Notes: a model not told the origin generated them from the letters alone. Counted from the first letter of the stretch, positions 41,723 through 52,535 are shown. The stretch: DNA of 64,000 nucleotides from an uncultured Acidobacteriota bacterium (GCA_963786195.1 CAWAYH010000009.1:457011-521010); one strand, 5' to 3'. Numbers and translations: made by a program.

Positions 41723-42865
41723 TCACGGTGGACTCGAAACTTCCGTCAGTCGGCACGACGATCTTCACGGTCATGTCGCGGCTCGCCGCGGATCTCGGGG
41801 CGATCAACCTGTCGCAGGGTTTTCCGGACTTCGACTGCGATCCGGCGCTCGTGGACGCCGTGGCGCACCACATGCGGAGCGGGAAGAACCAGTACGCGCC
41901 CATGCAGGGCGTGCCGCGGCTGCGCGAGGCGATTGCAGCGAAGTACGAGATGTTCTGTGGCCGTCGGTACGACCCGGAGACCGAAGTGACTGTGACGTCC
42001 GGCGGGACGGAAGCGATCTTCGACGCCGTCGCGGCGTCCGTCCGCCCCGGTGACGAAGTGATCGTCCTCGAGCCCTGCTATGACTCGTACGTGCCTGCGA
42101 TCGAGTTGAGCGGCGGCACGCCGGTCTTCGTTCCGCTGCAGTTTCCGACCTATTCGATCGACTGGGATGGCCTGCGCCGCGCGATCACGCCGCGGACGCG
42201 CATGATCATGCTGAACACGCCGCACAATCCCACCGGCGCGGTCCTCACGCCCGAGGACATCCGCGCAGTTGACGACGGTCGTGGACGGAACGGAGATTCT
42301 CATCCTGTCGGACGAGGTGTACGAGCACATCATCTTCGATGGCCTCCGCCACGAGAGCATGGCCCGCTCCGACGCGCTCGCCCGCCGCAGCTTCATCGTC
42401 GGATCGTTCGGGAAGACGTATCACACGACCGGGTGGAAGGTCGGCTACGCCGTCGCGCCGGCGGCGCTCACGACCGAGTTCCGGAAGGTGCACCAGTTCG
42501 TCACGTTCGCGACGAACACGCCCGTTCAGCACGGGATCGCCGACTTCCTCGAGACGCAGCGCGGGCTGGCCGAGCTCGCGCCCTTCTATCAGGCCAAGCG
42601 CGATCTGTTCCTGAGGCTGATGGAGGGATCGCGCTTCACGCCGCTCGCGTGCCGCGGAAGCTACTTCCAGCTGATGGACTACTCCGCGATCACCAGCGAG
42701 CCCGACGCGGACTTCGCGATCAGGCTGACGAAAGAGCACGGCGTCGCGTCCATCCCCACCTCACCGTTCCTGTACCGGCAGAAGGCCCCGCTCGTCCTCC
42801 GTTTCTGCTTCGCAAAGAAGGACGACACGCTCGAACGCGCGGCGGAGCGCCTGCGGCGGGTGTAG
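41719..42865 (+). CDS. PLP-dependent aminotransferase class I/II (methionine aminotransferase YbdL-like); frameshift near 42265
   Basis: MITVDSKLPSVGTTIFTVMSRLAADLGAINLSQGFPDF..., ..MIMLNTPHNPTGAVL..; second frame ..ILILSDEVYEHIIFDG..., SFGKTYHTTGWKVGY (PLP-Lys region), ..LRFCFAKKDDTLERAAERLRRV*. Confidence 0.7.
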
Positions 42866-42917
42866 ATTGCCTGGTTTCGGGTCGTGGTAGACTCCAGCCG
42901 CCGCGGAGGGCGCTCGA

Positions 42918-43214
42918 ATGACCGACTTCGACCTCTGGTCCATGCTCTTCGTCTTCATGCTCGCGACGTTCGTGGGCTTCCAGGTCATACAGAACGTTTC
43001 GCGCCTGCTTCACACTCCGCTGATGTCACTCACGAACGCGATCTCGGCGATCGCGATTGTCGGTTCCATCATCATCGCCGGTGAGCAGGAGTCCAACATC
43101 ACGACACTGCTCGGCGCCGTCGCGGTCGCCGCCTCCATGACGAACATCGTCAGCGGCTTCCTGATCACCGATCGGATGCTGCGGATGTTCCGTGAGCGGG
43201 AGCGCAAGCCGTGA
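42918..43214 (+). CDS. pntAB: NAD(P) transhydrogenase alpha subunit part 2 (membrane domain)
   Basis: 98-aa protein, 3 TM helices. ..AISAIAIVGSIIIAGE..LLGAVAVAASMTNIVSGFLITDRML. GGAGGG RBS upstream. Stop overlaps the pntB start (ATGA). Confidence 0.85.
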   Translation: MTDFDLWSMLFVFMLATFVGFQVIQNVSRLLHTPLMSLTNAISAIAIVGSIIIAGEQESNITTLLGAVAVAASMTNIVSGFLITDRMLRMFRERERKP

Positions 43215-44602
43215 CGGTGCACGACCTGACGCAGCTCACGTATCTCGTCGGCGCCGTCCTTTTCATCCTTTCGCTGCGGTGGCTCAATTCTCCCAGAACC
43301 GCGCGGCGCGGAGTGGCCGCCGGCGTCGGCGGCATGGCGGCCGCCATCATCGGGACGCTGCTCGCGCCCGAGATCGTCAACTACACCTGGATCGCGCTGG
43401 CGGCGGTCGTCGGGATCGCGCTCGGCGTGCCGCTGTCGTGGGTCCCGCTGACGGCCGTCCCGCAGCGGACCGCGCTCTCGCACGCGTTCGGCGGCCTCGC
43501 CGCGGGCCTGGTCGGAACCGCGAAGTACATGATCTGGCTGCAGCACGGCGAGCTCACGCGGTTTCGCACGGCGGCCATCGCGCTCGAAGTGCTCCTCGGC
43601 TACCTCACGTTCACCGGCAGCCTCATGGCCGCGGGCAAGCTTCAGGAGATCGTCCCGACCCGCCCGATCACGTACCCGAACCAGAACATCGTGAACCTCG
43701 GGCTGCTGGCGATCGCCATCGCCGCCGGGATCTACCTCACGATCAACCCGGCCACGCCCATCGCGTTTGCGATCATCGTGGTGCTCTCGCTCACCTTCGG
43801 CGTGTTGCTCATCCTGCCGATCGGCGGCGCCGACATGCCGACGGTCATCTCCCTCCTCAACTCGTACGCCGGGCTGTCGGCCGTGGCGATGGGATTCGTG
43901 CTCGACAACAAGCTCCTCATCACGGCGGGCGCGCTGGACGGTTCGTCCGGCTTCATCCTGTCCGTCATCATGTGCCGCGCGATGAACCGGTCGTTCACCA
44001 ACGTCCTGTTCGGCGCCTTCGGCCAGGTGCAGGCGGTGCAGGCAGCCGCAGAAGCCAGGACGGCGAAGAGTGCCACGCCCGCCGACGTCGCCGAGATCCT
44101 CCAGACCGCGGACCGCGTTGTCGTCGTGCCGGGATACGGCATGGCCGTCGCGCAGGCGCAGCACCGGATTCGCGAGCTCTACGATCAGCTCACCAAACGG
44201 GGCGTGGACGTCAAGTTCGCGATTCACCCCGTGGCCGGCCGCATGCCCGGCCACATGAACGTGCTGCTCGCCGAGGCCGAGATTCCGTACGAGGCGCTCG
44301 TCGAGATGGACGACATCAACCCCGAGCTCCCGCAGACCGACGTCGCTCTCGTCGTCGGCGCCAACGACGTCGTCAATCCCGCCGCGCGCCACGAGAAGGG
44401 CAGCCCGATTTACGGCATGCCGATCATCGACGCCGATCGGGCGCGGACCGTCATCGCCATCAAGCGATCGATGAACCCGGGGTTTGCCGGTATCGACAAC
44501 GAGCTCTACTACCTCGATCAGACGCTGATGGCGTTCGGCGACGCCAAGCAGGTCCTCGGCGACGTCGTCAAGGCGCTGTCGGGTGACGGCGCCGGGCACT
44601 GA
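43211..44602 (+). CDS. pntB: NAD(P) transhydrogenase beta subunit, intact 463 aa
   Basis: N-terminal multi-TM domain. C-terminal NADP(H)-binding domain ..VVVVPGYGMAVAQAQH..., ..ALVVGANDVVNPAAR.... Confidence 0.9.
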   Translation: MTVHDLTQLTYLVGAVLFILSLRWLNSPRTARRGVAAGVGGMAAAIIGTLLAPEIVNYTWIALAAVVGIALGVPLSWVPLTAVPQRTALSHAFGGLAAGLVGTAKYMIWLQHGELTRFRTAAIALEVLLGYLTFTGSLMAAGKLQEIVPTRPITYPNQNIVNLGLLAIAIAAGIYLTINPATPIAFAIIVVLSLTFGVLLILPIGGADMPTVISLLNSYAGLSAVAMGFVLDNKLLITAGALDGSSGFILSVIMCRAMNRSFTNVLFGAFGQVQAVQAAAEARTAKSATPADVAEILQTADRVVVVPGYGMAVAQAQHRIRELYDQLTKRGVDVKFAIHPVAGRMPGHMNVLLAEAEIPYEALVEMDDINPELPQTDVALVVGANDVVNPAARHEKGSPIYGMPIIDADRARTVIAIKRSMNPGFAGIDNELYYLDQTLMAFGDAKQVLGDVVKALSGDGAGH

Positions 44603-44608
44603 CGGGCG

Positions 44609-45967
44609 TCACGGGACTTTCGCGATCGCTCCCCGTTCGAAGAGATCGAAGTTCTGCGGGCTTCGGTCGGCCTCGAACACCCGTCGGATCTGCGTGTCGC
44701 GGAGGTCCCACAGCCGCTCGTGATGGCGGTCGACGTCCTCCGGCATCGTGTTCCAGCGCTCGTTCGGGTAGACGAACGCGCCCATGCCGGCGACCGCGAT
44801 TGACCAGAGCAGCAGCAGCGATCCCACGAAGCGGCCCACCGCGAGCTTCATCATCGACTCCATGCCGAACGCCGCGAACGGCGTGAGCGGGATCAACACG
44901 TCGAGCATGTATCGCGGACCGTAGGTGTGTCCGCCCCACCACACCGAGTAGGCCGAGTAGCCAAGAAACTGGACGAACGCTCCAGCCATCAGCCACCAGC
45001 AGGCATACCCGGGCGGGCTCTTCCTGATCGCTATCAGACCCGGAAGAACGACGAGGACGATCGGGCTGAAGACGAGCAGGCCGCGGTTCGGCGACACGAG
45101 CAAACCGGCAGCGCCAACCCACGGGCGCGGATTGACCGAACTGTTCACAGCGTGGATCGCGGGATGCAGCGCTTCGAGACGCGGGAGCGCGCCGAACGGG
45201 CTGCCGAACCACAGCTGGTTCGTGCCGATGACGAGCCCCGCGGCGGCAAGCAGAATGCCCGCGGGCAGCGCCGCGCGCCTGACGTCGGTCCGTCCAGCCA
45301 ACCAGATCAGCATGAGCAGCACGAGCGGCGACACCTGGGGGCGCGCCGCTCCCGCCATCGCCAGCCCGACGCCACCCGCCACGAGATGCACGAGACGGAT
45401 GTTCGCGGGCGATCTGAGCCAGGCCCAGAGTGCCAGCGCGAGACCGAAGGCAACCGTCTCGTGCTGCCACAGGGTTCGACTGACGAGCGGCCAGAAACTG
45501 GTGCCGAGACCGAAGCTGATGGCCGTCAGCATCGCGGCTCCGGGTGACGTCAGTCGCGCGGTCGCCAGGAAGACGAGGACCATGGCCGACGCGGTCAGCA
45601 GCGATGCGGTCACGGCGGCGATCAGATTGGGCGCGAGCGGGGCGTCGAGATCCACCACGCCGCTGCGATGCAGCACGGTCGCGACGCCGCCCGCGATGAG
45701 CGCGGGCAGTATCGGATACGCCGATCGCCAGTGTCCGCCGCGATCGCGCGCGAAGGCGGACCGCTCGGCGAGGCCCGGCCGTTCCGCGATCACGCGGTCG
45801 AGCGTCAGCGTGCCGGTCACCGCCAGCTCGCGCGCGGTGAACTTCGCGGGTTGGGAATCGAACGTGCCGACCTCGCGGCCGTTGAGGTTGTAGATCGCAA
45901 GGAGGCCGAGCAACAGCAGCAGCGCCTCACGACCACGGCCGCGCGGCGAATCAGGAGGCTGACGCAA
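44609..45967 (-). CDS. GT-C fold membrane glycosyltransferase (ArnT/PMT/GT39-like), intact 452 aa
   Basis: Roughly 11 predicted TM helices. Early periplasmic-loop motif ..NGREVGTFDSQPAKF.. around a conserved acidic residue. General architecture of undecaprenyl/dolichyl-phosphate-sugar-dependent transferases. Family call is tentative. Confidence 0.5.
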   Translation of the reverse strand: MRQPPDSPRGRGREALLLLLGLLAIYNLNGREVGTFDSQPAKFTARELAVTGTLTLDRVIAERPGLAERSAFARDRGGHWRSAYPILPALIAGGVATVLHRSGVVDLDAPLAPNLIAAVTASLLTASAMVLVFLATARLTSPGAAMLTAISFGLGTSFWPLVSRTLWQHETVAFGLALALWAWLRSPANIRLVHLVAGGVGLAMAGAARPQVSPLVLLMLIWLAGRTDVRRAALPAGILLAAAGLVIGTNQLWFGSPFGALPRLEALHPAIHAVNSSVNPRPWVGAAGLLVSPNRGLLVFSPIVLVVLPGLIAIRKSPPGYACWWLMAGAFVQFLGYSAYSVWWGGHTYGPRYMLDVLIPLTPFAAFGMESMMKLAVGRFVGSLLLLWSIAVAGMGAFVYPNERWNTMPEDVDRHHERLWDLRDTQIRRVFEADRSPQNFDLFERGAIAKVP

Positions 45968-46037
45968 GCCCTAGGAGTATAGGCGCTCCGTGCGGGCGCG
46001 TCACTTCGTCCACGTCGAGTCGCGATAGACTCAACGC

Positions 46038-47565
46038 GTGCGTGCCCCGGGCGTCCTCGGACGCGTCGACGATCTGCTCGATCGTCATCGCCTTATCGTC
46101 ATCCTGATTTTCACGATCCTCTATTTCTCCCGAACGGCGATCATGGCGACGGCCAAGCCGTTCTGGCACGACGAAATCTTCACGATCCTCCTGTCGAACC
46201 TCCCGTCGACGTCAGCGATCTGGGCGGCGTCGCTCGATGGCGTGGATCTCTCGCCGCCGCTCAACACCTGGCTGACGCGCGCGGTGCACCGGACGATCGG
46301 CGTCGGCCACGTGACGACCAGGCTGCCCGCGATGCTCGGCTTCTGGACGATGAGCGTGGTCGTGTTCCACATCGTGCGGAAGCGCGCGAACGCGACGACA
46401 GCCGTCGCCGCCCTGTTCCTGCCGTGCTATACCGCTGCCTATCGCTACTCGGTACGAAGCGCGCGGGTACGGGTTGATGGTCGGGCTCTTCGCAGTCGTG
46501 CTGCTCGCCTGGTCGGAAGCCGCGCGTGGACACCGGCGTCGGTTCTTCCTGCCCCTGCTGACGCTTGCCCTCGTTGCCGCCTTCTGGACCCACTACTACT
46601 CGGTCGTCATGCTGACCGTTCTGGCGGCAGGTGAGCTCGTGCGCCTGCTGCAGAACCGGCGGCCGGACTGGGGTGTCTGCGCGGCCACGGCGCTTGCGCT
46701 ACTGGCGGCGACTCCATTGAGGGCGCTCATGGCCGTCGCTTCAGGACAGAAGACAACCTTCTGGTCGGCTCCCGACGGCTCCGATGTCGGTGCCATCTAC
46801 GCGTTCATCTTCGCACCGCTGCTCGAGCAGGATTTCATCCGCACGATGATCGCGGTGGCAATGTGCCTGATTGGCGCATTCCTCTTCACTCGCAACCGCG
46901 TGGACCCGCGCGATGCGGAACGACTACCGGCTCACGAGATCGTCGCGGGCGTAGCCAGTCTGCTGATTCCCGTCGCCGGCCTGCTGCTCGGCATCCTGGT
47001 CACGGGTGCGTTCGTGCCGAGGTACGCACTGCCGGCGGTCGTCGGCGTCGCGATCGTCCTGCCGCTGGTCGTCCACCGGCTCAACCGGTACCGCGGGCCC
47101 GCCGAAGTCGTGCTCGCCGGCGTACTCGCCGGCCTGTTCACGCAATCGGTCGTGAGCGTGGTGGTAAATCGTCCGGTGATCCAGAACCCCATCGCCTTCC
47201 GGACCGTGCTGCTCGGGGCGCTGCGGTCTCCGGGCCAGGTGGCGATCGGGAGCAGCATCCACTTCCTCGAGTTCTGGTACTACGCGCCGACGGAGCTGAA
47301 GCCGCGGCTGATCTATCTGCTCGATCCCGCCTCGGCCGTCCGCTATCGGAAGAGCGACACGATCGATCGCGGATACGCCGCGCTCGCGCGATGGACCACG
47401 CTGCCCGTCGAGCCGTACGAGCGGTTCACCAGCGTGCACCGCAACTTCAAAGCGTACTCGGACGGCTCAGGCTGGCTGCTCGACAAGATCGTGGACGATG
47501 GGGCCGATGTGCAGGAAATCGGCCGTGAGCACGGGAGTCAACTGCTGGTCGTGTGGCTGCAGTAG
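46038..47565 (+). CDS. GT-C fold membrane glycosyltransferase (ArnT/PMT-like); frameshift near 46460
   Basis: ..TAIMATAKPFWHDEIFTILLS.. (DE-containing first loop typical of GT-C), many TM helices, soluble C-terminal domain ..YYAPTELKPRLIYLLDP... The ORF is split between two frames (46038..46634 and 46474..47565). Confidence 0.5.
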
Positions 47566-47582
47566 CCTCAAGGCGAACATTT

Positions 47583-49560
47583 CTAGCCCGTGACGCGGAA
47601 CCGTATCAACTCACGCACGGTGCCGCCCTCGCTGGTCGCTGCGATCTCGAGCGAATAATCCCCGGGCGCGATCCAGGACAGAGGGAGATCGAACTGCGGC
47701 AGCGTCACGACCGCGGCGCCGAGTGCATCACCCGCAGCGGGCGCAGCCATGGGAACGAGCTCGCGAAGCGGCTGGCCCACGCGGTTCTTCAGGGTGACTG
47801 ATACCTTTACCTCGGCGGCCGCGTACGCGGGGACGCGGATCAGGAGCCGCTCGGTGCGCCGGAACTCGCGCGATGGCACAGGCGCCGCGGCCGGATCGAC
47901 GCTGTTCTCGCGGAACTCGCGTGCGGACGACGTGCGGAACAACTGCGGCGGGAGGATCACCGGCCCCACACCTTTCAGTGGCGGCGTGTCCTGATCCTGC
48001 GCGGCGAAGTCGATCCGTGTGCCGTCCGCCTGAAGGATGACCATGTCGAGCTGGATGCGTCCGGCCGGCACGTCGAAGACGGCGAGAGCGGCGCGCCCGG
48101 ACGACACGGTGCTGCCATGAACGGCTGCGATCTCACCCTCGAAGAGGGGCTTGCCGTTTGGCGAGCTCACCTTCAGCTGCACGAGCTCGGGACGGCCGAG
48201 GACCTTGGCCCGCACGGGCAGCGTGGACGGCGACCACGTGAAGATGGCGCGCCGCTGCTTGTCCGGACCCACGGTGTAGCCGAGCCAGTAGTCGATCAGC
48301 GGGCTGCGTTTCAGCCCGCGGAGCGGCAGCGCGGGCGTGTCGTTCGCACGTCTCGTCAGGGAGTCCGCGGCAAGCGGTGACCAGTAGCCCGATCGCGCCC
48401 GCACCTGGGCGTCACGCCGCGTCGACGTGACCTGCACGTCGTAGAAGCGGCCGTCGCCGGCGTTCGTCGATGTGTAGCTCAGCACGTAGTAGGTGTCGAG
48501 ATCGCGCGAGACTCGTCGCAGAGCGGGAACGAGATCGCTGCCGGCCAGGACGGCTTCGCCGCCGGTCTGCTTGGCCACGCTCTGCAACGGCCCCATCGAC
48601 GAATCATCAGGATCCGCCGGTGGCCGTCACGGTCGTCGTCTCGCGCGTCGCCGGGTCGAATGCGTACAAGAGCACGCGATAGCGGCTGGTCGCGCGCACC
48701 AGGCCCTGGAGCTCGGGCACCCGGCGTTCGCGGCCGCGCGGCACGTCCGTCGTGAACCCTTCGCTGATCAGGACGACCGCGGCGAGCCCGCTCTCGAGCT
48801 CGCCCATCCGGAGCGTCAGCGCGCGCAAGCCGGACAGCACGATCTGCGCGCGGGCGGCGCGAACGGCCTCCGGCGAGGTGCCGAGGTACTGCTGCTCGAA
48901 CGGCGTGCGCGGTGTGTAGTCGTCCTTCCGGCCGGTGAAGCTGCCCATGACCTCACGCGCCCGGTCGCGATCGCGCGTGAAACGGATCTCCGTCACGCGA
49001 TCGAGCGGCTTCATGACGATGATGAGGTCGCTCGGCCGGAGCTGCTCGTCCGAGAAACCGCAGCGCATCCTGGCGGACGCGCTCGGTGCTTGCGCCGGCA
49101 CTCACGTGAAACTCGTCGAGATACAACGCGATGACGCGCGTGCCCGGCTCTCGCGCGGCGCGCACTTCGTCTTCGGTAGACTCGACGCGATCGCTCGCGC
49201 CCGCCGCAGACGATCGCGTCTTCAGCTCGACGTTGTCGATCTTCTGCACGACACCGTTCTCGCGAATCTCGAACTCACCCGGTTTGAGATTGACGATCGG
49301 CTTTCCTTGCTTGTCGGTGACGATGGCGTCGATCTGAACGGCGCGGGCCCTGGGTTCAGAGACCGACGGCGGAGATGCTGCCGCGAGCGCCTCGCCCGGG
49401 ATGGGTTGGCGTTGCGCGGTGGCAGACTGCTGAACTCCGGCGCCGAATGCCAGGGTGAGTGAGACGATCAGGGCCGAGGAGCGTCTGGCCAGGGGAACTC
49501 CGGATTCCGCTAGTGTACATCGGGCGTCCCGTCGCGCACCCTGGCTCCGATCGGGGAACG
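47583..49560 (-). CDS. VWA-domain protein of the Acidobacterial VWFA-related family; frameshifted near the N-terminus
   Basis: Signal peptide ..ARRSSALIVSLTLAFGAG..; ..IVNLKPGEFEIRENGVVQKIDNVELK..; VWA region ..TRVIALYLDEFHVSAG.. and ..AAVVLISEGF..; long beta-rich C-terminal domain (47583..48596 intact). The family name is recalled, not searched. Confidence 0.5.
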
Positions 49561-49580
49561 CCGCACCTCGGGACGCGGAC

Positions 49581-50423
49581 TTATTGCGGCAACGAATCGG
49601 CCGGCATACCCAGAAGCGGCGCGATTTCGCGCAGCTTGGCCTGAATCATCTTCACGTTCCGCGGGCCCATCCGCAGGAACTGCCGCTGAACGGGAGACAT
49701 GGCCTGAAGCCTCGCATCCGCGAATTCGTACGCGACGCTCTTCGAGCGCAGCGCGACCCGCCCCTCGACCACCGGCGTCTTCAGCAGCTCGACGATGGCG
49801 CGCTGGACAACCGTATCGAAATTGCCGTCGGGATAACCCTGCTCGCGATAAGAGTCCTGAATGCGCGGCTTGAGCGTGGCATAGAGCCGCGCAGCGCCGC
49901 GCGCGTCGATCGCCGCCACGGCGTCCGCGTAAGCGTCGTATCGCTGATAGCTCCTCGGATCGATGGACGTGTCGGTGCCGCGTTCGATGGTCTCGAACTT
50001 CCCTGCCGGCCTGACGCGACCCAGATGCCGTGACGGCGTGCGGCCGCTCGCGATCGTCATGGTGACCAGCGTGAAATTGCGAACGAGCTGGTCCGTCGTG
50101 AGCCACGCCGCAACCTTCGGGTGTGATGACAGACGGCCGACCAGCTCGCGGACGACCGGATCGCTCTGCTCGAGCGGCGGGACCTCGATGCTCTCACCAG
50201 GCTCGGCGACCGGTTTCGGTGCGGCCGGCGCGACCGCCTGCTCGGTCGACACGCGCACGTTTGACGCCGCCGGCGCACGCTTTCGCCACAGCAGGAAATA
50301 GCCGCTGGTGCCGAGCGCAAGCAGCACGACGACGATGATGGCGACCCGCCAGCCAAAGCGGCGGCGCCCGTGGTCATCGTACTCGTCCCATTTGTCGAGC
50401 TTGAAGTCGCCGAGCTCAGTCAT
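49581..50423 (-). CDS. DUF3014-like membrane-anchored protein, intact 280 aa
   Basis: N-terminal TM anchor RRRFGWRVAIIVVVLLALGTSGYFLLW, then a soluble domain. No catalytic motifs recognised. The DUF assignment is from memory. Confidence 0.5.
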   Translation of the reverse strand: MTELGDFKLDKWDEYDDHGRRRFGWRVAIIVVVLLALGTSGYFLLWRKRAPAASNVRVSTEQAVAPAAPKPVAEPGESIEVPPLEQSDPVVRELVGRLSSHPKVAAWLTTDQLVRNFTLVTMTIASGRTPSRHLGRVRPAGKFETIERGTDTSIDPRSYQRYDAYADAVAAIDARGAARLYATLKPRIQDSYREQGYPDGNFDTVVQRAIVELLKTPVVEGRVALRSKSVAYEFADARLQAMSPVQRQFLRMGPRNVKMIQAKLREIAPLLGMPADSLPQ

Positions 50424-50440
50424 GAGTCCAGTCTACGTTA

Positions 50441-50523
50441 TCCGAGGGGCTTCGCCCCTCGGACTCCCCTGCACGCTCTCTCGCCCTTCGACGTCGCTCA
50501 GGGCGACCCTGAGCCTGTCGAAG
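50441..50523. repeat. Cluster of GC-rich hairpins / nested palindromes in the TMEM175-DUF3014 intergenic region
   Basis: ccgaggggcttcgcccctcgg (8-bp stem, 50441-50461). cccttcgac-gtc-gctcaggg-cga-ccctgagc-ct-gtcgaaggg (nested 9-bp + 8-bp stems, 50483-50523). Further ggcgag-acc-tcgcc (ctcgcc on the far side) at ~50570. Confidence 0.5.
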
Positions 50524-50678
50524 GGTCGCGCGCCGCTTTGCCGGCGCGCTTCCGCCTACGCTAAAGCTCCGGCGAGACCTCGCCGAAGCGCCTACGACGC
50601 GAAGGCGGGCCGGTCGCGTGGCTCGCTCGCCATGCTCGCTCGCTCCTTGCAACGAGCGTCAGGTTTATGAGACAGCTG

Positions 50679-51533
50679 CTACTCTTCTGACTCGGCACGC
50701 AGGTGGCCGGCTTGCCTGGACGTCTGAAATTGGCGACGACGCCGGTCGGTCTGGCTGAGCGACGTCACGACCCATCCGAATGCGACCAGCGCCGCGACTC
50801 CCGCAGCAAGCTGGATGCCCCGCGGCGTCCAGAAGCGATCCTCGATCGCGTTGAAGGCCTGCAGACCGCCGGCGATGAAGCCTATCGACATGACGAGACG
50901 CCAGCGACGGATGCTCTCTTCGGTTTCGAACACCTCGGCGTCGGTCAGGCCGAGGTTTTCGGCCTGCGCGCGGGCGTGCGCGTACATCAGGGTGAAGAGC
51001 GCGAACACACCGATGAAACCGATCCCGTACAGCAGCCAGAGAATGTCCTCGTGCTGCGGGAGGATGGCCGGGACGACCGAGCCGTCCGCGAGCTTGACGT
51101 CGGTGTTCATGCCCAGCAGACGCGCGACGGCGTGCGTGAACATGAACTTCAGCGGATACACGAACTCCAGCACGACGAACAGCAGGCACGCGTTCAGCCA
51201 GAACGTCCAGTCATCGTCCAGACCGTAGCGACGGAAGAACAGATACTGCGTGTGCCAGATCGAAATCAGCACACCGAACGTCAGGCCGAACGCGACGAAG
51301 CCGCGCATGGCATCGAGGATCTCGGTGGACGTTTTGGGCACTTCGAGCGACACGACCAGCAGCGTAATCGCGAACCCGAAGACGGCGTCCGACAGGCCTT
51401 CGATCCTGGAGACCTCGCGGCCTCGCCAGCGAACGCGCTCCGAGTCGCGTACGGGCTTCCGGGCGATCAGCAGCTTCCGGAGCATTCGGCGCCAGTATAC
51501 GCGCGACGTGACAGTCCGGCTGAAGCCGGACAC
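50679..51533 (-). CDS. TMEM175-family potassium channel (DUF1211), intact 284 aa
   Basis: RIEGLSDAVFGFAITLLVVSLEVP matches the TMEM175 helix-1 signature (RxxxFSDGVFAIAITLLVL). Six TM helices. Confidence 0.75.
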   Translation of the reverse strand: MSGFSRTVTSRVYWRRMLRKLLIARKPVRDSERVRWRGREVSRIEGLSDAVFGFAITLLVVSLEVPKTSTEILDAMRGFVAFGLTFGVLISIWHTQYLFFRRYGLDDDWTFWLNACLLFVVLEFVYPLKFMFTHAVARLLGMNTDVKLADGSVVPAILPQHEDILWLLYGIGFIGVFALFTLMYAHARAQAENLGLTDAEVFETEESIRRWRLVMSIGFIAGGLQAFNAIEDRFWTPRGIQLAAGVAALVAFGWVVTSLSQTDRRRRQFQTSRQAGHLRAESEE

Positions 51534-52535
51534 TACATGTCAGCGTCAGGGAGCTCCGCCGCCGGCAGCGTCGTCAGCCATCGCGCGAGCCAGCCGACGG
51601 GCCCCGGCGCCTGGAGTGCGCGCGCGAGCCGCAAGTCCATGCCGGCGAGCGGCACGAGGTCGCGCTCGAGGAATGCGGTGAAGAGCCATCTCGTCATGCG
51701 CGCACGGGCCGCGTCCAGAGCCCTGAACCCCGTTCGCGGCACGGCAAAGATCGGGACGACCTCGACACCCTCCGCCTTCGGCGTCGCGCACAACATCAGG
51801 CGGCTCCGGATCGCCCCGACGTCGCTGCGCACGACGATGACCGTCCCGCCCCAGCAGCGGATCGTCGCGCGAATGCAGTCGCCCGACAGCCACTTGATCA
51901 TTCGATCGGACAGGCCGTGGCCCGTCACGCGCGACTCGTAGGCGAGCTCGAGGCCGTCGGTGCCGAGCAACCGCACGTCCGGTTCCTGCCGCAGGGCACG
52001 TTTATGGACCGCCTGCATGTGGGCGATGTCGAACCCGTTCGTTGCGACGGAACCCCAGGAGGTCTCGACGAGCGCCGGTCGACCGACGATCACGTGGAGC
52101 TGGGGATCTCCTGTGTCGCCGATCGAGGGGAATTCGAAAGTGGCTTCACGCCCGGCAAAGACAAAGACCGCGCCGGACCGTTCGACCACCGGATACACGG
52201 GCTGCGACAGGCAGGCGTTGCCGGCCGGGGCGTGACACACGCCTGCAGGATCGTGGGTCCAGTGGTGCAGCGCGCACTGGAGGTTGTCCCCCACGACGGT
52301 CCCGCGTCCCAGGTGCGCGCCCATGTGCGCGCAGCGGGCATCCAGTGCCACCAGGGCACCGCCGCGGCCGCGGTAGACGACCAGCGCGTGGCCGAGGAGC
52401 GTCCATGTGACGACGCGGCCCGGCGGGAGCTCACGGGATCGACAGACGAAATACCAGGAACGCGGCGCAGCCGGCAGCGTGGTCGCGGAAACAGGCTCCG
52501 GACGGATCGATTGCCGTGCAATCACACGCGCTCCG
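51533..52535 (-). CDS. Rieske [2Fe-2S] domain protein (oxygenase-type, PAO/ring-hydroxylating-like)
   Basis: CAHMGAHLGRG...-CALHHW (CxH...CxxH Rieske ligands). Probable start VIARQSIRPEPV.. near 52535. The upstream half of the ORF-track entry is read-through into the desaturase gene. Confidence 0.6.
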
